From Ignavibacteriales bacterium (lineage in GTDB: Bacteria; Bacteroidota; Ignavibacteria; UBA10030; UBA6906): 64,000 bases of DNA. Position numbers and translations under genes: made by a program. Of this stretch, positions 43,648 to 52,454 are shown one piece after another. The DNA lies in NCBI GenBank assembly GCA_037441705.1, contig JBBIRR010000018.1, positions 1-64,000 of the forward strand, given 5' to 3'. The notes below the pieces were generated by a model. It had not been told where the DNA came from, searched no databases, and saw nothing but the letters and a program-made list of their open reading frames with translations. Positions within the stretch are counted from its first letter, which is position 1. Every line of letters begins with the position of its first letter.

Positions 43648-43912
43648 GAAAGTACGATTTATATGAAATGTTTGTTTTATACGGATTAAATATAAGCGGC
43701 CATATCATCAGAAGCAAGCAGGAACAGGAAAAATTTTTCGAGGGCGCACCGGGCGGGTCGGCGTGTAAGGCGGTGGAATGAACGACTGGGGCTTCGGGTC
43801 AAGTATGAGAGGGCGCTAAGCGCCCGCAACTCCCTCTACATTAAGGCGTTAGAGGGGTTGCGTCAGCTGAACAGGAATGCTTGTGTGGTAGGCGGTTTGC
43901 GTTAGATTCGAG

Positions 43913-45355
43913 TTAGTACCTCGTCAGGTGTGGGGCAACACGTTCGGCCCATGCATCAATTCCGCCGACCAGGTTTTTCACCTTCGTGAACCCAAGGTCT
44001 CGAAGCAGTTCCACCGCTCGCGCGCTGCGGGTTCCGTGGTGGCAGTGCACGACGATTTCCCGCGCCGAGTCCAGCTCGTGCACGCGCTTGGGGAGGTCGT
44101 TCAGCGGAATCAGGTAGCCGTTCATGTTCACGATCTGGTATTCATGCGGCTCACGCACATCTAACACAAACACGTCCTCTCCACGATCCATCTTTGCTTT
44201 GAGTTCTTCCGGCGTGATCTCAAACTCCCGCACGCTGCCGCCATCGGTCGGCGCGATGCCGCAGAACGCCTCATAGTCGATCAGCTCCTTGATGGTCGGA
44301 TGTTCGCTGCACATGGGGCACTCCGGATTCTTGCGAAGCTTCAGCTCGCGAACCTGCATGGTGAGTGCATCGAGAAGCAACAGTCTGCCGATCAGCGGCG
44401 TGCCGATGCCGAGAATCAGCTTGATGGTTTCTGTTGCTTGAATGGTGCCGATGATTCCCGGCAGCACACCTAGCACTCCGCCTTCTGCGCAACTGGGGAC
44501 AAGTCCCGGCGGCGGCGGCTCGGCATACAAGCAGCGGTAACACGGACCTTCCTCTGCGTAGAACACCGACGCCTGTCCGTCAAACCGGAAGATGCTGCCG
44601 TAAATGTTCGGCTTCTTGAGCAGCACACACGCGTCGTTGACGAGGTAGCGTGTAGGGAAATTGTCCGTGCCGTCAACGATCACGTCGTACGGCGAGAGAA
44701 TCTCCAGGGCATTTACTGAAGTCAGGCGCGTCTCATACAACTCGACATGCACATGGGGATTGATCTCGGCAATGCGTTCTTTGGCCGATTCGAGTTTCGA
44801 ACGCCCGACGTTGTTGGTGCAATGGAGAATCTGCCGCTGCAGATTGGACTGATCCACGATGTCGAAGTCCACGATGCCGATGCGTCCGACCCCGGCGGCG
44901 GCGAGATACAGCGCTACCGGCGAGCCGAGTCCCCCTGCGCCGGCGAGCAGCACGCTGGCGGCTTTCAGTTTTTTCTGACCGTCAAGCCCGACCTCCGGCA
45001 TGATGAGGTGTCTGCCGTAGCGGCGGAATTCTTCCCGAGAGAGCTGCACGCCGCTTTGAGGCGAAGCAATGGTTGCCTCTGCCCCGCCCGCAATCGCAGG
45101 AATGATGCTGACGACGTCCTTCTCGGAGACCGGCGTGTGTTCTTTCTTCAACGAGCGAATGTCTTCGTTGTTGACGTAGACATTCACAAACGCACGCAGC
45201 GTGCCATCATCGGCAAAGAGATGGCGCCGCAGGAGAGGATACGTTTTCGCGAGATGGTCCAGCACCTCGCCGACGGTTGCCCCTTCGGCAGGGATTGCGT
45301 CCTGCCGCTCCGTGTACGCACGCAACGGCGTCGGAATCAGAACTTTCGTTGCCAT
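43913..45355 (-). CDS. Fusion of CysO/MoaD-like sulfur carrier, MoeB adenylyltransferase and rhodanese (MoeZ-like)
   Basis: N-terminal ubiquitin-like domain ending IPAIAGG; RYGRHL, GAGGLGSP, SNLQRQ, CYRC, PSCAEGG, CPMC; rhodanese HCHHGTRS; AAGGAGG RBS. Confidence 0.9.
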   Translation of the reverse strand: MATKVLIPTPLRAYTERQDAIPAEGATVGEVLDHLAKTYPLLRRHLFADDGTLRAFVNVYVNNEDIRSLKKEHTPVSEKDVVSIIPAIAGGAEATIASPQSGVQLSREEFRRYGRHLIMPEVGLDGQKKLKAASVLLAGAGGLGSPVALYLAAAGVGRIGIVDFDIVDQSNLQRQILHCTNNVGRSKLESAKERIAEINPHVHVELYETRLTSVNALEILSPYDVIVDGTDNFPTRYLVNDACVLLKKPNIYGSIFRFDGQASVFYAEEGPCYRCLYAEPPPPGLVPSCAEGGVLGVLPGIIGTIQATETIKLILGIGTPLIGRLLLLDALTMQVRELKLRKNPECPMCSEHPTIKELIDYEAFCGIAPTDGGSVREFEITPEELKAKMDRGEDVFVLDVREPHEYQIVNMNGYLIPLNDLPKRVHELDSAREIVVHCHHGTRSARAVELLRDLGFTKVKNLVGGIDAWAERVAPHLTRY

Positions 45356-45387
45356 GGTCATAAGCCTCCTTCATCGTTCACATTCTT

Positions 45388-45828
45388 CTATCCGTGCACA
45401 CACTCACCTTCGGTCACCACCAACGGTTCCTCGTCGAACCCCGAGCGGTCGTCGCGCAACCGCCACGACTGAACGGCGGCGGGGATGCCGTTCTCCACCG
45501 CTGCAATGACATACGAGTACCACGGAAGCGCGTTTTCAAGGTCGAACGCGGAAGGCTTCGCGGTATGGTCAGGATGCGAGTGGTAGAACCCGAGCACCTG
45601 CACCGACTGTTGCGAGGCGAATTCCTCGGCCGTGCGGTACTCCTCGGGGTCGATAAGATACCGCCGCTCGCGGTTTTCAACGACGGCGTTGCGCACCTCA
45701 TGGACATCACATACGATGCGCGCGTCCTCGCGTTCAAGCCCGAGCAGAATGCCGCAGCACTCCTCCGGGTACGTTTGCATTGCATGCACCTTCAGCTTAT
45801 GCAAGGCGGTATGACTGAGCTGTAGCAT
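45388..45828 (-). CDS. JAB/JAMM metallopeptidase (Mec-like, M67 family)
   Basis: YPEECCGILLG and FYHSHPD..AKPSAFD JAMM motif. Confidence 0.9.
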   Translation of the reverse strand: MLQLSHTALHKLKVHAMQTYPEECCGILLGLEREDARIVCDVHEVRNAVVENRERRYLIDPEEYRTAEEFASQQSVQVLGFYHSHPDHTAKPSAFDLENALPWYSYVIAAVENGIPAAVQSWRLRDDRSGFDEEPLVVTEGECVHG

Positions 45829-46753
45829 CGTTGTTCTCCCCAAATACGTCGTGCAAGTATCGCGAACCGTGGTCTGCAAAAATCGTTACCACAACGCCGG
45901 CTCGCAGCCGTTCAGCAACGCGCAGCGAGGCAACAAACGCAGCGGCCGACGAAAGCCCGATGAGCAAGCCTTCCTGACGCGCGGTTCGCCGGGCCATTTC
46001 TTCCGCTTCTTCGGTTGACACTTCTATCGTCTCGTCGGCGAGCGTCGGGTCGAATATGCCCGGCACATCGGCAGTTGGCAAGTGCTTCAGCCCTTCCAGC
46101 CCGTGCAGCGGCGAATCCGGTTGCACGGCGATGCAGCGGATGGAGGGATTGAATTCCTTGAGACGCCGCGCCGTGCCGACGAACGTTCCGGTGGTGCCAA
46201 GCCCGGCCACGAAATGCGTGATGCGCCCTTCAGTCTGCCTGATGATCTCCGCGGCTGTTGTCGTGTAATGTGCCTGCCAGTTTGCCGGATTGTTGTACTG
46301 ATCGGGATAAAAGTAGCGATCGGGATTTGCGTGCACGATGGCGCGCACGGTTTCCCGCGCGCCGTCCGTTCCTTCTAACGGATTCGTGTAGATAACATCC
46401 GCGCCGTACGCTGCAAGCAGACGCTTGCGTTCCTGGCCGGCGTTGGCTGGAACGGCAAGCTGCACACGGTATCCGAGTACGGCACCAAGCATGGCGTATG
46501 CGATGCCCGTGTTGCCGCTCGTGGCGTCGATGATAATCTTCTCCTTCGTCAGCTTGCCCGTCCGTTCGCCTTCCCGAATCATGTTGAGCGCAGCGCGGTC
46601 CTTCACCGACCCACCCGGGTTATACCATTCCGCCTTTGCGAAGAGTTGCACATTCGGGCGCCCCGCGCCGATCTGCCGAAGGCGCAGGAGCGGCGTGTTG
46701 CCGATAAGCTCCGCGATATCTGAACCCGTCAGGCGCTGGCTAATAGTAATCAT
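45797..46753 (-). CDS. cysM: PLP-dependent cysteine synthase (CysM type)
   Basis: IGNTPL, NPGGSVKDR, ATSGNTG, GLGTTGT. Confidence 0.9.
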   Translation of the reverse strand: MITISQRLTGSDIAELIGNTPLLRLRQIGAGRPNVQLFAKAEWYNPGGSVKDRAALNMIREGERTGKLTKEKIIIDATSGNTGIAYAMLGAVLGYRVQLAVPANAGQERKRLLAAYGADVIYTNPLEGTDGARETVRAIVHANPDRYFYPDQYNNPANWQAHYTTTAAEIIRQTEGRITHFVAGLGTTGTFVGTARRLKEFNPSIRCIAVQPDSPLHGLEGLKHLPTADVPGIFDPTLADETIEVSTEEAEEMARRTARQEGLLIGLSSAAAFVASLRVAERLRAGVVVTIFADHGSRYLHDVFGENNDATAQSYRLA

Positions 46754-46809
46754 AAAAAATCAAAGAACAGAACTCTGTTTTTGAGACAGCAGTGTGTAAG
46801 ATTGTACGG

Positions 46810-46848
46810 AAGAAAGCTGTTGATGAACGCGCGCGGTTCAACAACAGC
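46810..46848 (-). terminator. Putative attenuator terminator upstream of cysM
   Basis: GCTGTTGTTGAAC-N7-GTTCATCAACAGC (12 of 13 bp) then TTTCTT on the minus strand. Confidence 0.65.
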
Positions 46849-46939
46849 CGCTACAGATGCAGCGAAGCGAACGGCAGGAACGGGCGGCCTTCAGAAGAAG
46901 GCTTTCCGCGAACGAGGATGTGTGGAGTAACGCTATCAT
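46838..46939 (-). CDS. Putative Cys-rich leader peptide (33 aa)
   Basis: MIALLHTSSFAESLLLKAARSCRSLRCICSGCC*; 5 Cys in the last 12 codons, directly upstream of cysteine synthase. Confidence 0.65.
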   Translation of the reverse strand: MIALLHTSSFAESLLLKAARSCRSLRCICSGCC

Positions 46940-46968
46940 GCAAAGAACGCTGAGACGCTCTACCACCT

Positions 46969-48312
46969 TTAACGCCGAGCGGGCGGTTTTAGTTCGGAGG
47001 CCGCGACAACCCGCGACCACCGCTGCGTGCCGGTGGAGTCGTACAACGCGAACGTCACCCGCCGGTCGGCCGCCGGCCCATCGAACCGCAGCATGCCGAA
47101 GTTGCGCGTATCGTTGACGAACGTACCGGGCACGAGAAGCGCGTTCTCCTCCGGACGACGTTCGGTTGCCACGCCGGCGGTGAGCGGCGAGGACGTGAAG
47201 TCGTAAAGAGGATAGAAGCTCGTATCCGGCAGCATGCTGAGTTCGGCAAAATGCCTGTCACCGGAAAGAAAGATCACGCCCGGAATGCTCTGTGCCTTGA
47301 TCCAGCCGATCAGATCTTGGAAATCCGACGGATAGCGGCGCAGTGTTTCATAGGAATGGTGAGAGAGAAACTGATTGCCATTGACGACGACTCGAAATGT
47401 TGCCGTGCTTGCAAGCAGACTTTCCTTCAACCAGGAGAGTTGTGCGGTTCCAAACATCGTCTTCTCCGGCGTTTCGGGCATGCGATTGGGCGAACGATGG
47501 TAGCGATCATCCAACATGAAAAATTCCACGTCACCCCACTGAAAACGATAGAATACACCGGGTGTCTCTGCCGTCCCGTGAGTTTGATTGGCCCAGTAGT
47601 CCGTGAAAATCTGCAGCGCGGCCGAGCGCAACCGATATGTTCGATCGGCATCGTTGGGTCCGTAGTCATGATCGTCCCAGATGGCGTAGTGATGCGTTGA
47701 GCCGAGCAGGGGTTGAAGCTCAGCAATCGCACGATCTCGCGCCACACGCCGGCGCATTGCTGATTCCGCAAAGTAATCCACCTCGCGGTAGTACCAGTTG
47801 TCGCCGAGCCAGAGCATGAGTTCGGGTTTTTTTGCAGCTATGGCTCGAAAGATCGCGTAACTTCCACCGTACGGCCTACCGGGTCGGTCGGCCGTTGTGT
47901 CGTTGATGTATGCGCACGACCCGAACGCAACGCTGAATGCCGGCGGCTCCGTGCGCCACTGCCAGAATGGTTGCGTCACGAATGTGAGGGGATACGGACG
48001 CGCGTGTGCCTTCCCATTCAATATCATTTCGTACTCATACCGGGTGCCGGGTTTGAGATTGGTGAGAACGACTTTCGCGATGAAGTCGGACTCTTCTGTG
48101 GCATTGACTCTCTTACTGAGCGAAGCGTTTTTCCTGTCTCCCTCAATCCAATACCGATACTGAACCGTTGCAGCCGACGTTGTTTGCACCCACAACATCG
48201 TCTCCGTCATCTCGCCGTACCCCAGCATCGGCCCTGAGCGGACGGAAGGTTGCTGCGTGTAAACAGGCTGGATGAGAGAGACAAGGAGAACGACGGCGTA
48301 GAACAATCGCAT
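46969..48312 (-). CDS. phoD: Alkaline phosphatase D family protein
   Basis: FGSC, WLGDNWY, IWDDHDYG, MLDDRYHR, LSGDRH; signal peptide. Confidence 0.88.
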   Translation of the reverse strand: MRLFYAVVLLVSLIQPVYTQQPSVRSGPMLGYGEMTETMLWVQTTSAATVQYRYWIEGDRKNASLSKRVNATEESDFIAKVVLTNLKPGTRYEYEMILNGKAHARPYPLTFVTQPFWQWRTEPPAFSVAFGSCAYINDTTADRPGRPYGGSYAIFRAIAAKKPELMLWLGDNWYYREVDYFAESAMRRRVARDRAIAELQPLLGSTHHYAIWDDHDYGPNDADRTYRLRSAALQIFTDYWANQTHGTAETPGVFYRFQWGDVEFFMLDDRYHRSPNRMPETPEKTMFGTAQLSWLKESLLASTATFRVVVNGNQFLSHHSYETLRRYPSDFQDLIGWIKAQSIPGVIFLSGDRHFAELSMLPDTSFYPLYDFTSSPLTAGVATERRPEENALLVPGTFVNDTRNFGMLRFDGPAADRRVTFALYDSTGTQRWSRVVAASELKPPARR

Positions 48313-48447
48313 TGAAGAGTCCTGACATATTTGGGTGAATGATGACAAGAACATACGGAAGAAGGTGTTGACAGACAAGAAGGTGGGTGAGGCTGAATTG
48401 GTGAATGTGTGTGACCGAAAGTCGGGGCTGCACAAAAACAAACCATT

Positions 48448-48562
48448 GTCATTCTGAACCCTTCGGCTTCGCTCAGGGTAAACTCAGCGAAGCGGAGTGA
48501 AGAATCCAGTAAATGGCTCGGTTCTCGATTCTTCGCCTCTGAGAAACGAGGCTCAGAATGAC
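48448..48562. repeat. MITE/REP-like inverted-repeat element
   Basis: Terminal IR GTCATTCTGA...TCAGAATGAC, inner GAAGAATC/GATTCTTC, nested CCCTTCGGCTTCGCTCAGGGTAAAC unit. Confidence 0.75.
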
Positions 48563-48747
48563 GTGGTGACTACTTTTTGGTCAGCCTCCTACAACAGTCC
48601 CCGGAAGCAAGTTTGAATAACTCGGTGTTCTCCGTGGATCATCTTCACCAGCAACACTGCGCGTTGATTTTCGGAGTGAGATTACGTTAATTGCAGCATG
48701 AGGAGAACTCCTCGCTCGCAATCGCACACGAAAACGCTCCGTCGCGT

Positions 48748-51387
48748 ATGTCCACTCCCCTCATGAAACAGTACGCTTCCGTGAAGGCGAAGTATCCCGA
48801 CACGATACTCCTCTTTCGCATGGGGGATTTCTTCGAGACGTTCGAAGAGGATGCGAAGATTACCTCGAAGGTGTTGGGCATTACGCTGACGAAGCGGGGC
48901 AACGGGGCTGCCGGTGAAGTGCCGCTTGCCGGCTTCCCCCATCATGCACTCGAGTCCTATCTCCCCAAACTCCTCAAGGCGGGCTACCGCGTGGCTGTGT
49001 GCGAGCAGTTGGAAGACCCGAAGTTTGCCAAAGGCATCGTCAAACGCGATGTGATTGAGGTGGTGACACCCGGGGTGGCCTTTTCCGACCGAATTCTCGA
49101 CAGGAAGCAGAACAACTATCTCGCCGCAGTCGCGCTTCCGTCCGCTGTCGCAACCGGCACCGACACTATCGGCTTTGCGTTTGTGGACGTGACGACGGCG
49201 GAGTTCAACGTTAGCGAGTTTCCGCTCAAACAACTCGCCGAACAGATTGCTGTCGTTTCTCCTTCCGAGATTCTCGTGCAAAAGCGTGATCTCGCCTCGC
49301 TGCAGGAACTGCTCAAAGAACATTACAAGGGCATCTTCACGAAAATCGAAGATTGGATTTTCAATTTCGACTACTGCTACGAACAACTCGTTTCGCAATT
49401 CAACACGCAGTCGCTAAAAGGTTTTGGGGTCGAGGAAATGAAGCAAGGAGTGATTGCCGCAGGCGCGGCCATGCACTACCTGCAGGAGACGCAGAAAGCT
49501 AATCTCCCCCACATCAAATCGCTGCGCCGGCACGATGTGGCCGACTACATCATTCTCGATCCCTCAACGAAACGCAACCTCGAGATCATCTCCTCACTCT
49601 CGGGCACGAGCGAGGGCACGCTCTTCGCCATCCTTGACAAAACCGAGACGCCGATGGGCGGACGGATGCTGAAACGCTGGATCAATCAACCGCTGAACAA
49701 AGTTGAGGCGATCCGGCAGCGGCTGGACGCGGTGGAGGAGTTAGTGCAGAAACCCGAGATCAGAGACCGAGTGTCCGAAGTGCTGTCGCGCATCGGGGAC
49801 TTAGAGCGGCTGAATGCGAAAATCTGTACGGGTCGTGCGACGCCGCGCGATGTTGTTGCATTGAAGTTTATCCTGATGGAAATCTCCAATTTGAAAACCT
49901 CAACGACGGGTCTCGCGTCCGACGCGCTCAAGGCGGTTCATTCTCGCCTCCAACCCCTTCCTGAGATCATCTCGCTGATCGAAACCGGGCTTGAACCTGA
50001 TCCGCCGCTCTCACTTGCAGATGGCGGTGTGATAAAGAAGGGATACAACGGCGAGCTGGACGACTTGCGCCGTCTTGCCCTCAGCGGTAAGAGCTGGATT
50101 GCCGAGCTGCAGAAAACCGAACGCGAACGTACCGGCATCCCGTCGCTGAAAGTCGGATTCAACAACGTGTTCGGGTACTACATCGAAGTCACCAAGACAC
50201 ACAAGGACAAAGTGCCCTCCCACTACATCCGCAAGCAGACGATTGCGACGGGCGAGCGCTTTGTGACGCCGGAGTTGAAGGCGTATGAAGAAAAGATTCT
50301 CCATGCCGAGGAAAAGATCCTCGCGCTGGAGACGCAACTGTTCAATGAGTTGCGGATGAAGATCGCCGAGCATGCAACGGCCATCCAAACCAACGCGCAG
50401 ATGATAGCCGCGCTGGATTGTTTCACGGCGCTTGCTCGCGTGGCGGTGGAGTACGAGTACTGCCGTCCCGACGTGAACGAGTCTACCCTTCTGCACATCA
50501 CGGGCGGTCGCCATCCCGTGATCGAGCGGCTGCTGCCGCCCGGCGACAAGTATATCCCCAACGACGTGAAGCTCGATACAACGTCCGATCAGATTCTCAT
50601 CATCACCGGACCCAACATGAGCGGGAAGTCCAGCTACCTGCGCATGACCGGCTTGATTGTTCTGCTCGCGCAGATCGGGAGTTTTGTACCGGCGAGCATG
50701 GCCGTTATCGGTGTGGTGGATAAGATTTACACCCGCGTCGGAGCGAGCGACAACATTGCGTCGGGGGAGAGTACGTTTCTCGTCGAGATGCACGAAGCAG
50801 CACACATCGTGAACACGGCGACGAAGCGGAGCTTGATTTTGTTGGATGAAGTCGGCCGCGGCACGAGCACGTTCGACGGCATCAGCATCGCGTGGTCGCT
50901 GACGGAATACCTGCACGAACGCGTCGGCGCACGGACACTGTTTGCAACGCATTACCACGAACTGAACGAGCTTGCCGATCTCTTTCCGCGCATCAAGAAT
51001 TACAAAGTGGAGGTGCGGGAGTACGGCGACAAAGTGATCTTCCTCCACAAAGTCACGCCCGGCGTTGCCGACCATTCCTACGGCATTCAGGTCGCCCAAA
51101 TGGCGGGCCTGCCGGAGGAGGTGACGGAGCGAGCGAAGAAGATTTTGAAGAATTTAGAAGGATCGGAGCTAACGGTGCATGGAGAAGGCGGAGAGGGTTC
51201 AGGGTTCAAGGTTCAAGGTCGTGGGAAGAGGTCAAAGGGTCGCGTTGCGCCCGAGGTGCAGATGACGTTGTTCGAGATGCGCGACGACGCGCTGCGCGAA
51301 GAACTGCGCAAGATTGATGTGGAGAGGCTCACGCCTCTCGAGGCTCTCCAGAAACTTGCTGAGTTGAAGAAGTCACTGGGAACGTAA
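48748..51387 (+). CDS. mutS: DNA mismatch repair protein MutS
   Basis: TPLMKQY, FRMGDFFETF, GPNMSGKS, STFLVEM, DEVGRGTS, HSYGI; start could be TTG 48691. Confidence 0.97.
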   Translation: MSTPLMKQYASVKAKYPDTILLFRMGDFFETFEEDAKITSKVLGITLTKRGNGAAGEVPLAGFPHHALESYLPKLLKAGYRVAVCEQLEDPKFAKGIVKRDVIEVVTPGVAFSDRILDRKQNNYLAAVALPSAVATGTDTIGFAFVDVTTAEFNVSEFPLKQLAEQIAVVSPSEILVQKRDLASLQELLKEHYKGIFTKIEDWIFNFDYCYEQLVSQFNTQSLKGFGVEEMKQGVIAAGAAMHYLQETQKANLPHIKSLRRHDVADYIILDPSTKRNLEIISSLSGTSEGTLFAILDKTETPMGGRMLKRWINQPLNKVEAIRQRLDAVEELVQKPEIRDRVSEVLSRIGDLERLNAKICTGRATPRDVVALKFILMEISNLKTSTTGLASDALKAVHSRLQPLPEIISLIETGLEPDPPLSLADGGVIKKGYNGELDDLRRLALSGKSWIAELQKTERERTGIPSLKVGFNNVFGYYIEVTKTHKDKVPSHYIRKQTIATGERFVTPELKAYEEKILHAEEKILALETQLFNELRMKIAEHATAIQTNAQMIAALDCFTALARVAVEYEYCRPDVNESTLLHITGGRHPVIERLLPPGDKYIPNDVKLDTTSDQILIITGPNMSGKSSYLRMTGLIVLLAQIGSFVPASMAVIGVVDKIYTRVGASDNIASGESTFLVEMHEAAHIVNTATKRSLILLDEVGRGTSTFDGISIAWSLTEYLHERVGARTLFATHYHELNELADLFPRIKNYKVEVREYGDKVIFLHKVTPGVADHSYGIQVAQMAGLPEEVTERAKKILKNLEGSELTVHGEGGEGSGFKVQGRGKRSKGRVAPEVQMTLFEMRDDALREELRKIDVERLTPLEALQKLAELKKSLGT

Positions 51388-51478
51388 CGGCTGCGCGTTT
51401 CGCACTGCGGAGCGTTATATTGTAGGTAAGCCTGATTTTTCGTACCATATGTGCAGCACGAACACAAATGTACGCCTC

Positions 51479-51562
51479 GCCCGGATGGCGAAATTGGCAG
51501 ACGCGCTAGATTCAGGGTCTAGTGGCCGCAAGGCCGTGCAGGTTCAAGTCCTGTTCCGGGCA
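51479..51562 (+). tRNA. tRNA-Leu (CAG)
   Basis: Cloverleaf with long variable arm; CTAGA-TTCAGGG-TCTAG. Confidence 0.96.
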
Positions 51563-51655
51563 CGACGAAAGAACGCCGTTGCTTTCTGCGCGGCGTTTTT
51601 CATTGTCAGTACGTTTGCGTCAAGCTGTTGACGCGTCACTCAGCATGCAGAGAAC

Positions 51656-52411
51656 ATGAACAGATTGTTCGACCTTACAGGCAAGGTTGCCATCGTGACG
51701 GGAGCGAACACGGGGTTGGGCCAGGCGATGGCGGTTGGTCTCGCCGAAGCCGGCGCCGATGTGGTTCTTGTCGCGCGTTCCTCGCCCGATGAAACAGAGG
51801 CCGAGATTCATCGCGCGGGAAGACGAACGCTGCGCATTCTTGCCGATTTGCAAAACACCGATGCGATTCCGGTCATCGTCAGACGAACGCTGGAGGAATT
51901 CGGCAAGATTGATATTTTAGTCAACAACGCCGGCACCATCCGGCGGGCACCCGCGTTGGAGTTCTCCGAAAAGGATTGGGACGAGGTGATGAACCTGAAT
52001 GCGAAGACGGTTTTCTTCCTCTCTCAGGCAGTTGCACGCGAGATGGTTCCGCACAAGAGCGGAAAAATCATCAACATCGCCTCGCTGCTGAGCTTTCAGG
52101 GAGGGATTACCGTTCCGTCGTACGCCGCAAGCAAAGGCGCAGTCGCGCAGGTAACGAAAGCACTCGCCAATGAGTGGGCAAAATATGGTTTGAACATCAA
52201 CGCCATTGCGCCAGGATACATGGTGACCAATAACACCGAACAGTTGAGGAATGATCCTGTGCGGTATAAGTCCATTTCAGAAAGGATTCCGGCGGGCCGG
52301 TGGGGCGAACCGTCCGATCTGAAGGGAGCCGTTGTATTTCTTGCATCGCAGGCTTCGGATTACGTGAATGGGCACATCCTCGTTGTAGATGGCGGCTGGT
52401 TGGGACGATGA
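51656..52411 (+). CDS. kduD: 2-dehydro-3-deoxy-D-gluconate 5-dehydrogenase
   Basis: SDR TGANTGLG, NIASLLSFQGGITVPSYAASK, VDGGWLGR. Confidence 0.93.
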   Translation: MNRLFDLTGKVAIVTGANTGLGQAMAVGLAEAGADVVLVARSSPDETEAEIHRAGRRTLRILADLQNTDAIPVIVRRTLEEFGKIDILVNNAGTIRRAPALEFSEKDWDEVMNLNAKTVFFLSQAVAREMVPHKSGKIINIASLLSFQGGITVPSYAASKGAVAQVTKALANEWAKYGLNINAIAPGYMVTNNTEQLRNDPVRYKSISERIPAGRWGEPSDLKGAVVFLASQASDYVNGHILVVDGGWLGR

Positions 52412-52454
52412 CGGAGTGCTCGCATTGCGCCCTTGCACACAGGAGAAGAGAAGG

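Noticed and set aside
43650-43700. CarH operator direct repeats
   Set aside because: AT-rich, but I could not find 11-bp phased TnnACA repeats
46760-46960. SAM or T-box riboswitch upstream of cysM
   Set aside because: No SAM-I core (ATC.AGAG...GCAACC) or T-box motif; a leader peptide fits better
51479-51660. tRNA-Leu as an island integration site
   Set aside because: No integrase and no duplicated tRNA 3' end in the window
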